A DNA stretch of 63,904 nucleotides, the filler included, from Collodictyon triciliatum (Eukaryota): NCBI GenBank assembly GCA_043381765.1. It is 3 parts of 3 records of this genome, joined end to end, with 100 filler letters (N's around TTAATTAATTAA, not from the genome) between each part and the next. Parts side by side here need not be neighbours in the genome. Positions count along the whole stretch, not along the records: positions 23,269 to 40,762 come from JBHJMP010001126.1; positions 40,863 to 63,904 come from JBHJMP010001130.1; 1 more part is not named here. The stretch is one strand, 5' to 3'. Numbering within the stretch: position 1 is the first letter of the stretch; every line of letters starts with the position of its first letter. This document shows, one piece after another, positions 26,441-42,194 of this stretch. The notes beneath the pieces are model-generated. The model ran no database searches. It was not told the origin of the DNA and was given only the letters and a program-made list of their open reading frames with translations. The translations under genes and the position numbers were made by a program.

Positions 26441-26837
26441 CTACTGAGACGCAGCAACAACACCGATGAGATACTGCGCAAGTAGTCCCCTGGCATCAGC
26501 AGAGTGGCCAACTCCATCAAACTCCTCCGTGGCGTCCTTGCCTAGGACAAGACAGAGCTGCTTAGCCGCGGAATAGACTGGGCATCAAAGACGAAAGGAC
26601 TCTCGCTTCATAAGCAAGACAAGGACTGTGGAAGTGCCTCGAATAGCAATCCTGTCCAACTCGGCAAAGGCAGACAGCCGAGAGGAACTTACCGGCAACG
26701 TCCATGATTGAATCTTCTCCTCCTGGGTGGTCGTCCAGAAAGTCAGTGACGTCGTAGACTTTGCCTTGGTAGACGATCCATGCACTCTGTCGTGTGTTGT
26801 GCGTCCTGATCTCTTCCCAAGTATATTCCTTGGACAT
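26441..26837 (-). CDS. CYB5: Cytochrome b5 (81 aa, 2 exons, no C-terminal membrane anchor)
   Basis: MSKEYTWEEIRTHNTRQSAWIVYQGKVYDVTDFLDDHPGGEDSIMDVAG / KDATEEFDGVGHSADARGLLAQYLIGVVAASQ*. Both heme-ligand motifs (HPGG, GHS) are present. Confidence 0.92.
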
Positions 26838-27062
26838 ATGTCGGGGCTGCGGTGCTGATGTGTGAGAAAGTGAGAAAGTGAGAAAGTGAGAAAGTGAGAA
26901 AGTGAGAGTGTTTGTAGTATGATCATCATTATCACATAGTGATCTGCTGCGCCAAACCATAACCATTTTTTCGCTCGCAACAATCACTACCCATATCCTT
27001 CTCCCAATCTCTTAAACAGCTTCTCGTCACTTTGTAAGAAAGGGGACTAAGAAATCACTATG

Positions 27063-27097
<35 letters not shown>

Positions 27098-27107
27098 NNN
27101 NNNNNNN

Positions 27108-27139
<32 letters not shown>

Positions 27140-27281
27140 CTTTATCTTTTCATTCGTGAGGAAAGTTCATACAGCGGGGAAGACCCAAGGAGTTTTACAT
27201 TATTTTCCAACGCTTATTTTTACCTTCGCCCTAGAAGATCCGCTTTTTATCGGGGCACAAAGAAAGCCGACATACAAGGAG

Positions 27282-30200
27282 ATGGACTGTATAGCTCAAA
27301 CTCAGGCCGATCTCACGGGATCGGACACAGGGAAACAGACGGCGGCCCTTCTTCGTCTGCAAAGTCTGTCGCTTCAAGGAGAGGACATCACCGTCCATTT
27401 CTCTTCGATCATTCAGGTTTTCCCCTGGTTTACCTTTTTCTCTGGTTGTGGGAGGTCACATATGAGAAATAGAGTAGGCTCTGCACTTAAGCGTGAGGCT
27501 GCCACATGCTTTTATTTCAATCCTATAACGCTATCTTTGACTCTTGTCTGAGAGCTATTTCTTTTCTAACTGCAAAACACAGGAACAAAAAAAAAGTGTC
27601 CTCTTATTTATCACTTTCTCTTCCTTCGTTTACTTTTTTTTTTCTTGCACATTTATTCATTTATTTTTGTTTTTTTTTTCCTTTATTCGATTCAAAGTGT
27701 AGCGAGATTCATTTATTTTTGTTAACAGGGCTGTCTGGAAACAAACGAAAACAAATCCATTCGCCGTTTGGCTTATCATGTTCTTCGACTCTGCCGCGTA
27801 CCCGATTCCCAATGGTTTTGCACGACCCTTTTCTCGATTTTATGAATTGAACTTTTCTTATATGCATTGGCCTTTTCTTTTATGTAGCCCCAAATGTCTG
27901 GTTTCGCTCCAATTTATTTTATTTTACAAACAATCCCACGTGGTTCACCACACCAACTGAATGCCTATTTGTTTAATAGGAAAGATATCACAGCCCACGT
28001 GACCCGTGACATTGGCGTTGATGACCCAGAATTAAAGTCGGCATCTATTCGCATGATATGCAGCTTGCCTATTCCCACGATTGTTGTAAGCAAATCCACT
28101 GTATTCATATGTCATTCCTACTAATTGTTGTGGCATATATATGCATATACAGAGAGCCGATGCTATATTTAAATCGACTATAAATTATCTTTTCTCTCTT
28201 TATTTCTATCGAATTTGCATGAATAAATCTGCCAGAAGGTATTTACTCCTTCTCGGAAAGAAGAAAAGTCTAAACTCGAAAAATTCAATAGGATTTTATA
28301 AGAGCGAATAAAAACGCAATACTGGGAACTTTGATACACGGTAATCCATCTCTCAGGAAATGTGCAGCAGAGTGCATCCCTTATGCCCTTGTGAGATGCA
28401 GAGCACAGGTTATTTTTCTCAATATTTTTCTTTCTTTTTCCCATCTAAAGTTCGGCCGGTAAACATGATACCCTAAAGAAAATATAATCTATGAAGTATA
28501 TGTCCAATCAAACCGTGTTTTCCTTCCTGATCATTTCAATTCGTAAAGTTGAGAACTGAGATAGCCGACATATGGAAGATTTTCATTGAGCTGCTGACAG
28601 ATAATGACACTAGAGTTTGCTCGGCCTCCTTCGGAGCAGTTGTTCTCACACCCATGACTTGAAAACTTTTACATTTTTGTTCGGCAAAGTTGGAGGCAAT
28701 TCGTAAAACATTTTTACATTATCTATTTTTTAGGTGCGCTCAATCATTCTAGAATACACTAGTGGCCCTTTGATTGACTCTGATAATGTGGGAAGGTTAT
28801 TTTAACTATTATTGATTGACATGCCACTTAATTTACCTTATTGTTACTAGTTGTCTTGTAAACAAGTCTTTATAACTATTACTTCTCCAGCGTTGACGAG
28901 TATCGTGCTTCAATAAAAAAGTTGGCGATGACTCTTTTCCCTCCTCTTCAGAGCAACGTTCGCGTTTTGGGTGCTCGAATGAAATGTTTGCCTCCAGAAG
29001 ACCGGTGGATATGCATTATCCCCCTAAAGGAGCTTATTACTCTGGTAATACACCTATCAGTTTTTTAATAAAATCTATTTAGACCAAATATAGTACTATT
29101 ATTCTTATTGTTATTTTATTTGCGTTATAATTATGGAAGCTCATGCTTTTATAAGATATCATAAACGTAAGGTGTGTGCTACGTTATCATGATACCATTT
29201 ATTTTATAATGTTTGATTATTATTTTTTTCAAACCAGGAAGCCACTTTGACGTCAAAGTCTCAGGAAAACATGTTTGAAGTGGACAACCTCGAATTGTTG
29301 CAAAGTACAATATCAAATCAAGCATTCTTCTCTCTTTCTCTTTCTCTTTCTCTTTCTCTTTCTCTTTCTCTTTCTCTTTCTCTTTCTCTTTCTCTTTCTC
29401 TTTCTCTTTCTCTTTCTCTTTCTCTTTCTCTTTCTCTTTCTCTCTTTTTTTTTAAAAAAAAAAATCTGCGAATATCTTGTAAACAAATATCCTGCAAATT
29501 ATAAATGCGTCATTCTCATTCAAATTAATTTTTTTCAGAGAGGTCGGATTTTATCGATGAATTTATCGAAGAATTGTTTTTACCACAACTATCCTGGTCT
29601 ATCCCCACCTTAACTATCGAAACTGGACAGGCTATCCTGATCTTGACAGGTTTTTTTTTAAAAGATTTTCGGTACTTCTCTATTTTTTTTTTCAATTATG
29701 TGTTAAATTTACCTCATTCTCGCTGTTCATTAACATAGGAAACAACACAAAAGGACAGAAACACAAAATAAGCGTGATTCAAGTATGATGATATCATCCT
29801 ATTGATTTATACAAATTAATTCAAGATGTAAAATCACATAATTATTCAGTCATGTGAGTTTTTTGTTTCAATAATTACACCCTTGCTGATGAAACCAACT
29901 TAGGCATATGTTGACATCTTTAAGAAACTAGAAACGGAAGGGGCTATTTTTGAAGAAATCATTAAGGTATGTAGTATCCTATTTCAGTATTATTCATAAA
30001 TCATGCTCATCATCGTATGGTTTGTAAGTTGACATACATTTTTAGTCATCTGCAGAAGTTATCCAAGACATCAACCCCTCGCTAATGCCGACTCTACTTG
30101 CGTTTAATCTCTTAACAAACTGTGATAAAGTCCGAGGTAAGCTGCATATTTGGATGTAATCTTTACATGTGACACTCATTTATTCAACAAAGATATTGAA

Positions 30201-31026
30201 TTTACTTATAAAATAATTAAACACAGTAATTGAGGATCGTTTCATGGTCGAAATAAGGATTATGAGAGCATTCCTGAATTCGATAATTCATCAAATGGTA
30301 TTCTACAGGATTAATTTAACATAATATTTCAAACTCCATCGATGTTTATGAAGCTAACCCCATGCTTACTGACACAGTCCAAAGTTCCTCCGGATCAACC
30401 GTTCCGGGTAATTAGATTTGTTTTCAAAACAATATTGTTTTTTAATAACAATAATAATAATGTCTTTTTATATATTCTGTAGCCATATTTTCATGCTATG
30501 ATTACATATTACAAATAGATTGGGGATGCCACATATTTTTCACCAACAGAGTTCCTTTATCAACAACCGTGGTTCGAGTTTGTATGGAAAAATACCACTC
30601 TGTAAGTTAAATTTTAAGATATTAAAAGTAGAGGGGGAAAAAGCATTCATTCATGAATTTTTTTTTTTTTTTTTTTTTTTACTTTTGCATTATATCTTAC
30701 CCTTGTGCAAATAAATGAATAAATTAGAACCCCGCCTATTCGAGAAGAAATATTGTTGGCATTTTCCACTGCAGCACTTGAAATCCTAATGGGATGTCCT
30801 GTATTTCAAAAGTTTATCAACCAAACAACATGGTCTGGTAATATAATTGCAAAAGCTGTATCCCCTCACACCGAAGAGGCTGCTCTTCGTCTCATCTGCG
30901 ACTTTCTTACATCATTTTCTTCGTGTTTATCATGGGACGTTGGTCTCCGTACGTGCTCGCTTGAGGTTATTAGTTTTTCGCTCATACATTAAAATATTAA
31001 CATATTTATTGGGTGAAAGAAGACCC

Positions 31027-31074
<48 letters not shown>

Positions 31075-31095
31075 TATTATTATTATTATTATTAC

Positions 31096-31155
<60 letters not shown>

Positions 31156-34100
31156 TTCATTCATTCATTCATTCTAATCTTCCTTTTTCTTCTTCAATAG
31201 TCATATCTCAACCTTCTCAACAACATCTACTGTCTTATGGAGTTTTCAAACTCTGCGAAAGACCTATCAGCATCAACGAAGGACCCAGATTCTGTTATGT
31301 TGGACCAATTCTATCTGATTCTTCAGAAGGTAAATATCAAGTACAAATGTTTTACAATTTATCAATAAATCCCTTGAATCAAAAAAAAAGGAATAATTTC
31401 TGAATAAAATTTTTTATAAAACAAAGTGTAATAATAATAATAAAAAAATAGCTACTTCATTTGCTCTTGGTAGAGTTGCCTGAAATCATATCGCCAGGTG
31501 TGGCTCTTCGTCTCATTCACATCGCCACCGACCACTTGGATGTCAGAAGATGGCCATCAGGTTGGAGAAACTGGAAGCATGTGACATATGCTACTTTTTT
31601 TTTTCCTCTTATCGACTTTTTTTCATGTTTCAATCGGAAATACATCCTTAAATTGCTGAATTTTCTATAGTATATGAATTCAAACTATTTATTTGCGCAG
31701 ATGAGAGTATTTCTGTCGCTGTATCTGGATTGGCACAAACTATGCGCTCTATTTTGTTGGGTTACATGAAATTGCGTCAAAACAAGAAATACGACGGAAA
31801 AATTTTCGTAAGGCATAACATGATAGTAAATGAAACAATGTGCCCCCAGCCCCACGAGTCCCTCACATATGATATGATATGATATGAAGGAAAAAATTGT
31901 GTCCAGAAATATCTTTAAAATTTCTACATTATGTTCCACGGAATAGGGTACCCAAGCCTCTGATTTGCAGACCAATACACAGATTTCAGAAGGATTCATC
32001 GTGATTCAGTTTTTGTTGAGATTCGGAATGCGAGATGCCAAGATTGGCGCAAAGGTTGATCAACTGTTCACTGAGCTTATCGCAAAATCAGAGTCTTCTT
32101 CATACCAGCACAAGTTGGATGAAGTTTTGATTTCAAAGTAATTTTTTGTCGCCATTCTACGTAATGTTGAAATGCACAGAAAACATATTGGCTAATTATA
32201 TATCTCTAAACACTATGTGATACATATTTTAGTTTGGAATCATCCCGGGCACGACTTCGACGAAAATATTCTTCCGAAACACAATTTAATCCCGATATTA
32301 TTCCGTATGTCTTCATGTATCCACTTATCGTATATGTGTCACCGAGCTTCCCGATAGCTAATAGAGAAACCTTTATTTGTGACGAAATTATAGAAACAAA
32401 CTCATGTTTGCTGATCGATTTGTTGTGCCCCGATACGAAGTGTTTGATAGACACTTGCTGGCGACATCTAGAGGTATGTTTAAACGGTCAGTCGTAGTCA
32501 TAGTTTGTTCCTGTTTCATGAATTCAAGAGTTTGTTATGTTTATAATATGTCATATTACCGCATATCATATAAGGTGACCAGCTGCGAGAGGCATTTTTG
32601 CTGACATACCGGAACTCCAGTAAATCAAGGTCTCCGTTATGTCATCTTACACGTCTAATGGAAACATTCCCCTTGAAATTTAAATTTTACTCCTTTATTT
32701 CATTCTAATTTTTTATCATTTTTTTTATCATTTTCATATAGAAACCAGATAGAACCTGCTCCTTCGCCTTGGAAGATTGTATCCGGGGCAAGTGAGCCGA
32801 TTGTTGTGGAAATATGTCACATCTCTCATGCTGACTATCAAAAAATTGTTTGTGGTTATTTTTATATTTGGTTGAAAAGCGTTTCATTTTAAACATATCC
32901 GCAAATAATGCATTTTAATTGAATGTGAAGCTGTGCTCAATATTTTTATGGACGTAAATCAGACTCTTCGCTTCAAATTATACAATATCACCGACGCAGA
33001 CATTCCAAACACGCGTATCATTTTAAGTGTGGGAAGCTCGCTGCATCTAGAGGGCCCCTCAGAGGTTTATTGCAAATGAATATAGACACGTTTGACCCAT
33101 TTAATCAATTTATTTTCGAAGAAAAAATAGACCCATCGAAATGCATTTTGTAACGCGAGACCATGGTACTCAGATAATAATTGAAACCCTGGAATCGAAA
33201 ATTGCTGCCTACAGAAATGTTACCTTGAAAGGTTTGTAAATTGTATAAATGTCCGAATGATGTAATAATTAGCTTTTTTTTTTTTCTTCTACCTCGCTCA
33301 TCTCTTCAACATATGGTCATCTGTATCATATATATCTAATCTGAATCACTTTTTAAGGAGAGAAAATGGAAAATAGAGATCAGTAATAGTAACAAACAAA
33401 TAGTTCGTGGTCTGAGTTCAGTCGATGTTGGTATACATATGGATATCCCTCGTGCTCTGTCTGCTGATAATGAAGCCGAAGCTGATGTAAATGGTGAAAT
33501 GGGTCAGGTGGCTATGTCGAAAATATGCAAAACAATGGGCTCTTTGCATAATTTTTTTTTTAAAAAAAAAAATGCAATAAGGACCGATATGAGTCATCGA
33601 GCCTTATTGTGGTGTAGTAAAAAATAATTGCACTCGAAATTAATCATAGCATTACAACAGCAGTATTTCCCACATCAATATCATACGCAAATTCAATATC
33701 TAGCTTGGAGACGACGACCCAACATCATCTTCAGCAACCGAAAGAGTATCTATTTCGTGTATCCCTTACGAGTTCGAATACAGTTCATTCTTGTTGGCCG
33801 CTTCGTGTTCATCTGATGAGTTTCAAGCATTATGGAACATGTGCATTTTTTCTCCTTGATTCCTTTGAAATAATAAATAAGTGTTTTTTCATGCATTATA
33901 TCTATCATGCTATATCAATTATAACTGTCATTAAAATAATTCCATCCTCTTACTTTTACTCGCACCCTCAAAGGTTTTCGTCGTCGTTCAAAACAAGTAA
34001 AAAGCTTTCAAGGTTTGTATCTCTAAATTGGTTGCAGGTTCATAGAAGCCGAAAAATAAAGATCTATTCCAATATTGCCAAACTTACATACTCTGCTGAA

Positions 34101-35082
34101 AGAAAAAATAAAAGAAGTTTTTACTTCATATAATTCATGCTGGTGATATTCATCTCGGAATAGTGAATTGCATGCGCAGACTGTTAGAAGAAACATAATG
34201 TCAGCCAACTTCGGTGAGATTTTCAATATCCGGTTTTCTACGTATGAATGCCATGCTGCATTCATGTCTCGAACATGGTTCGGAGACACCTTGCTCATGT
34301 CTTACAAGTAATTATTCGAAGACAAACCAGTTCTCTTCAATATTTGATATTATGTATGGAATATTTAAAAGCGCATATGCTTCATTTTTGAATATATTCA
34401 TAGTTCATTCAGAATTGTGAATTTGATTGTGTGCGCTGCACGATTAAATTTTTATTTTTTAATTTTATTTTTTAATTTTATTTTTATTGTTATTTTTATT
34501 GTTATTTTTATTGTTATTTTTATTGTTATTTTTATTGTTATTTTTATTGTTATTTTTATTGTTATTTTTATTGTTATTTTTATACACATTTTCAATTCTC
34601 CACTCAAGTATTTCACTAAATCTTCTCCATATCGAAAAAGTGGGACATGGGATACTTACTCGCAGCAAGCCAGGGCCGACTTCGAAGTTCGAGGCTCCGC
34701 TCTAGAAATCATACAAAGTATTCGCTTGAACGAAGAGGTACGTATGGGCCCAGATGAGCCTCGAAGGAAACAACAAAAAAGGATGAACGAAAATTCAATA
34801 ATAAATATCCATGAACATCATAATTTTCTCTAAAGCATTCATCACTTTTCCTGCATAGGCATGGTTTGCGCCAATAGTCCAAATAGAGGCCGAAGGTCTT
34901 TTGTCAATCAATCCACATATACCTTGTTAGCTGTTCCTCTAACCCCAGCATATCTTATATTCTCTGTAGAATCTGGCGGTAGTGTCTCCTTGGAATCTAC
35001 CCCCATGTCTCCTATGACAGATACCGACTTGTTATCGGTTGTGGAGGAATACCAGCGCATTAAGTCATTGCTGCAACCATAA
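27282..35082 (+). CDS. TPLATE: TSET/TPLATE complex beta-adaptin-like large subunit TPLATE (many exons)
   Basis: N-terminus MDCIAQTQADLTGSDTGKQTAALLRLQSLSLQGEDITV matches recalled plant TPLATE MDILFAQIQADLRSNDALRQSSALLQALQQSAAGRDISV. Further colinear segments: RDIGVDDPELKSASIRMICSLP; IWKIFIELLTDNDTRVCSASFGA; WKIVSGASEPIVVEICH / LRFKLYNIT; ISCIPYEFEYSSFLL..CSSDEFQALW; FEVRGS. Confidence 0.82.
29327..29444. repeat. (TTTCTC)n intronic microsatellite
   Basis: Directly visible in a TPLATE intron. Confidence 0.9.
31027..31151. repeat. (TAT)n intronic microsatellite
   Basis: Directly visible in a TPLATE intron. Confidence 0.9.
34479..34582. repeat. (TTTTTATTGTTA)n 12-mer minisatellite
   Basis: Directly visible in a TPLATE intron. 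Confidence 0.9.
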
Positions 35083-35475
35083 TACTTTTTTTCCTTAGTC
35101 GCCTCAAGAGCAACAGGTTGAGAAGAGAAAACAAGCAAATGGAAAAGGGGAAAAAGAAACACTTTTTTCGTCCTACATTCAACATCCTTTCAACGACACT
35201 AAAAAGAGGAATAAAGATATCAAAAANNNNNNNNNNNNNNNNNNNNNNNNNNNNNNNNNNNNNNNNNNNNNNNNNNNNNNNNNNNNNNNNNNNNNNNNNN
35301 NNNNNNNNNNNNNNNNNNNNNNNNNNNNNNNNNNNNNNNNNNNNNNNNNNNNNNNNNNNNNNNNNNNNNNNNNNNNNNNNNNNNNNNNNNNNNNNNNNNN
35401 NNNNNNNNNNNNNNNNNNNNNNNNNNNNNNNNNNNNNNNNNNNNNNNNNNNNNNNNNNNNNNNNNNNNNNNNNNN

Positions 35476-35512
<37 letters not shown>

Positions 35513-35513
<1 letters not shown>

Positions 35514-35864
35514 TCACCCGAACGAGAAATCAATGTAGCCAGGCTTGAAAGCCACGTACAATACAGCTTCGTAAACAGCCTGCTGAAACACGCTCGCATT
35601 CTTCGCTACTCTGACCGCAAGCGGAGAGATGTGGGAATGTGTCGTGCGATATCTCCCACAGCATATCCAATCCCTGCTACCCACGCCACAAATCAACCAG
35701 TTGGGACGCTTGCCTGACCAACTCGCTATCACTGATTTCTTTCCAGGGCTACCCTCTCCACGGTAGTGTCTTCTACTCGCGTTTGCTCCCTACCATCCAC
35801 ACCTATCTCGCCCCTTTGAATGGCATAACCTCGCTACACTTTGAATTGAATAAAGGGGAAAAAA
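35513..35864 (+). mobile_element. 5'-truncated LINE 3' end, copy 2
   Basis: Diverged copy of 765-1120 (SPEREINVARLES...NQPVGT*, then GGCATAACCTCGCTACACTTTGAAT..AATAAAGG plus an A-run). It sits next to a (TTA)n tract. Confidence 0.65.
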
Positions 35865-37241
35865 CTATTGTTATTGTTTTTGTTATTATTTGTTTCGAAT
35901 AGCTCGCTCCGTCTTTTTAGTAGGGTGTTGCACTCACGGGTCGGTGGTAGCTGGCGTCTTTACCGTCGGTGTGTCTCGGTGCATAATCTGTGCTGTAAGG
36001 GATTTGGTCAAGAGACCTTTTCGCTCTCTGGGTCGGCTGTGTCGGCCTTCCCGCTTTGCGTACGATCAGTAGGCATTCCATGGGGCAGGGCTGTGGCGCT
36101 GGTCTCCTGGTGGACGGGATCTCTCTTTCCGATCGCTTGCGTGTTTTGTTTTTTTTTTTTTTTTTTTATCCGGCTTCACAATGTGGTAGGTTGGGAGAAG
36201 AAGGAAAGAGCCCCAGTGTAATAATATTATTTTCTGAGAATGTGTCTTTTTCTGTCCCCGTGTGTTCATTGTTTCCCAGCCATAGAGACTTTTTCTTACT
36301 CATATTGTTTTTTTTTTTTTTTTTTTTGTTGTTGTTGTTGTTCTTGCTTCAACTTTGCCTCCCGGTATGATCTCCTCATCTTTTCACATCGTGAGGCATA
36401 TAACAGATCAAATCTTCTTGCCCGTAATCGAGTTTGTCTTATGGTCACAAAACAAACAAATTTACCAACATAAAGTTGATATGACTCATTAAATTGATAA
36501 ATGTTATAAATTAAATCATAATTTTACCATATAATTATATATTCCACATTGATAACAAATGAACAGTTGGGAATTCGAAAGGAACGTACTTCCCGGAACC
36601 ATCCAGCTCCCAATTTCCACAACAGGCCTCTCAATCACAGTTTTCGTCACAAACAGGATGTGTCCTGCCACACACCCGGCCACAATCCTTGTGTTTATAA
36701 AAAAAGCCAACAAGTAACATATTTCGATTGAAACAATCCTACATTACATACAAACTAAGTTAAATGCAAAACCACAGACAAAGTCTCGGGAACACGGCGG
36801 GTATCGAACCATTGTTAAGCTGTGCTTGTTGCAACCCAGTGCGTAGCGTGCGGTGTACGCTGAGAGAGGAGAGCGAGTGGAAGTGCCAGTGGTAGTGATC
36901 GAGGTGCCAAATGGGAATGCTGGGTAGCTGATATCCGAATCCTTTCGACCTGAGCTCGTAGTTGTAGAGATTTCCTTCTCACTGTTAGCTGAATCACTTT
37001 CTTGTACATTCTGCGCTCTTATCCCTTTTTGTTAAGCCAGCAATATGATCTTCATAAATCCCTGAATAACTGGCAAAGTGTTGCCTTTGGTGAATATACG
37101 TGGAAGCATAGCAAAGTCCTTCAATCTCTGTCTCGACGAAAGACTCACTATGGAGCTCTTTTGCTACACCTAGAGAAACGAATAAGTGATCATTTCTTGC
37201 TGAATCACGCAGAGACCTTTCTTCACGAGACCATAGCATCC

Positions 37242-39686
<2,445 letters not shown>

Positions 39687-40762
39687 GCGCACACCCACAC
39701 CAGCCCTTGGCTCTCCATTCCAGTCATCCTGTTCACATTAAAACACCCGGCGGATAAATACCAGACAAGCCCCATTATTATTGTTATTACCAGACACGCC
39801 ATATGCCCCGCGATCTAGCGCCATTCCGCCGTATCGGTTTGGTGGACGTCTTTCTCCTCTTCGATTAATCTTTTTATCCCAAACTGTTCTGCCGCCCGGT
39901 TCGATCCTTTCGCAAACCCCTGTTTGGGGCCGATGTCTCTCGATTGGGTGACCAGAGGTAAGTAAAGAAAGGGAAGGCCGAGCCGTGCGTTGGCAGGCGA
40001 CTTTGCGCACTCACGTCAGACGCACCTTGTTGCCGTCAATCAGATGCGGCAGCGGCCTCGGCGTTTGGTATTTGTTCCGTAGCAACACTGGGCGCTACTG
40101 CTGGTTGTGGTTGAAAAACCACATCAAACCGACATGCAACTGCACCTATCTCGCCTCCTTGAATGGCTGGCCTCATTTGCACCGAGATTCCTGTCGGTTC
40201 ATGCGTCCTTTTCCCGGGAGATTCGCAGCCTTGCCCCTCTTCGATTGGATGGCCGCACAGCAACCACACGCCCGAGCTTTCAGCTTCTTCGTGCGTAGCA
40301 GGGGTGGTTCTCGCCCAGCCCGCAGGATATGATAACAATTATAGCATATGCCTTTAACAAAGTAATATTATTATATATACCAGCAATTACAGCAGACAAG
40401 CATGCCCAGATGCCTCGATAGTAGAAATAAACTCCAAGAGCGCATATATTCCACGTATAGCCAATAAGTCCTCATATGGTTCTTCCGCAAAAGTAAATGT
40501 CCATTTATGCATATGTATGTGTCACGATGACGACCGTGTGACCGTAGCGAGCGTGGCATGACGGTTTCGCCCGATGAGGCAAGATTCACAAGAGCTCGTC
40601 GCCCCACACGCCAAGAACTGCCTTTTTTGTGCCAAAGACGCCGCGGCGGTGTTTAGAAAAGACAGCACAAAACGACAGAGCAAGCGTCACAACCGGGCTT
40701 ATAAAAGCGAGCCTAGGCAACTAAAAAAAAAAAAAAAAAAAAAAGCGCGGAAACTTTCACCC

Positions 40763-40862
40763 NNNNNNNNNNNNNNNNNNNNNNNNNNNNNNNNNNNNNN
40801 NNNNNNTTAATTAATTAANNNNNNNNNNNNNNNNNNNNNNNNNNNNNNNNNNNNNNNNNNNN
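40763..40862. other. Artificial contig linker N44-TTAATTAATTAA-N44
   Basis: Identical to 23169-23268. Confidence 0.9.
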
Positions 40863-40900
40863 CCACTAAAAAAAAAAAAAACAATTTGCTGGACTTATAG

Positions 40901-42194
40901 CGAGGTTGACCAAATTGACCACTGGGCTCCAAAATATGGCTCTCAAAACATACTTGTATGTGAGACCATCAAAACAAATTACAATTAGAAAACCAAAATT
41001 TACAGCAAACTTTACCTTTCTCACTCACTCACTCACTCACTCACTCACTCACTCACTCACTCACTCACTCACTCACTCACTCACTCACTCACTCACTCAC
41101 TCACTCACTCACTCACTCATTTTAATATTTAAGACAACAAAGATAATCGCACACTTGACACGGATGAGCAAAATTGTACACACAGACATCAATATCCCAT
41201 TTTTGATGAAGAACAAGGAATTTCTAGGCAAGTGCCTATCCAGATTAATATAATCAGCATTTTTTTTTTCGAATTAGATGGATATATCAGCATATCTAAC
41301 CACGGAAATAAATTTCTTGAGTCGATATAGCCAAAATGGGTACTTAAGACACATGACAATACTCGAATTAGTCCCCTAATACATGCTGGATAATAATATT
41401 TCTTAATTACAGGACTAGTAAGAGGAATGGACATACTGGACCGTGGATATATAATCCTTTTTATTCGTTCCATCGAAGAGTTTGAAGGGATTGAGCTACC
41501 CGAAAAACAACCATCCCGTGACCGAGTTCAATTAAATGCTGTGTAATTTTTCCATATTATTCTACATACTTTCGCAGGTTCAAATGCCAAGTCATTTTCG
41601 AGCTAGATAGATCGAATTCCATCCAATTTATTTCTTTCCTTTTTATATTTTTTAGGGTCATGATATCCCCGACATCAAAGTCGCACACACATATTACATT
41701 CTTTGCATCGGTCGATCTTGCCGACATATACCCATACATCAGTCCACTGCGAGTTTGGCTCATCCGCAAAATATGTGAGAGTATCTTTTCAGTAAGTCAT
41801 TTCATACTGCATAAAATTTTGCCCCTGCTCGACACCTTTTTCTTCATATATTATGAAGCATACCACAATCGTTTATTTTAGAATAAAAATAAAAAATGAA
41901 AATAAAATGAAAATAAAATGAAAATAAAATGAAAATAAAATGAAAATAAAATGAAAATAAAATGAAAATAAAATGAAAATAAAATGAAAATAAAATGAAA
42001 ATGAAAATAAAATAAATGAAGAAAAGATAAAAATAAATCAAAAAACCAGAAAAAACGACCTTTTTTTTTACATCGGAGAAGCTCACTCTGCTACATCATT
42101 TAGATGATTCGAGAGCAATGTGAGGATATCATTGGTTCAGACTTTGAAATGATTATGGCAAATAATCCCGATTTGTATAACTTCATACAAGCGA
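40901..42194 (+). CDS. START/SRPBCC-like lipid-binding domain protein (5' truncated at the linker; last exon unresolved)
   Basis: In-frame exons: EVDQIDHWAPKYGSQNIL / TTKIIAHLTRMSKIVHTDINIPFLMKNKEFL / GLVRGMDILDRGYIILFIRSIEEFEGIELPEKQPSRDRVQLNA / VMISPTSKSHTHITFFASVDLADIYPYISPLRVWLIRKICESIFS / MIREQCEDIIGSDFEMIMANNPDLYNFIQAR. Confidence 0.6.
41020..41119. repeat. (CTCA)n intronic microsatellite
   Basis: Directly visible. Confidence 0.9.
41890..42017. repeat. (AAAATAAAATG)n 11-mer minisatellite
   Basis: Directly visible. Confidence 0.9.

Noticed and set aside
39953-39964. Minus-strand TACTTACCT resembling the U1 snRNA 5' end
   Set aside because: No U1-70K loop (GATCACGAAG), U1A loop (ATTGCAC) or Sm site follows. 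It is simply the complement of a consensus donor site.
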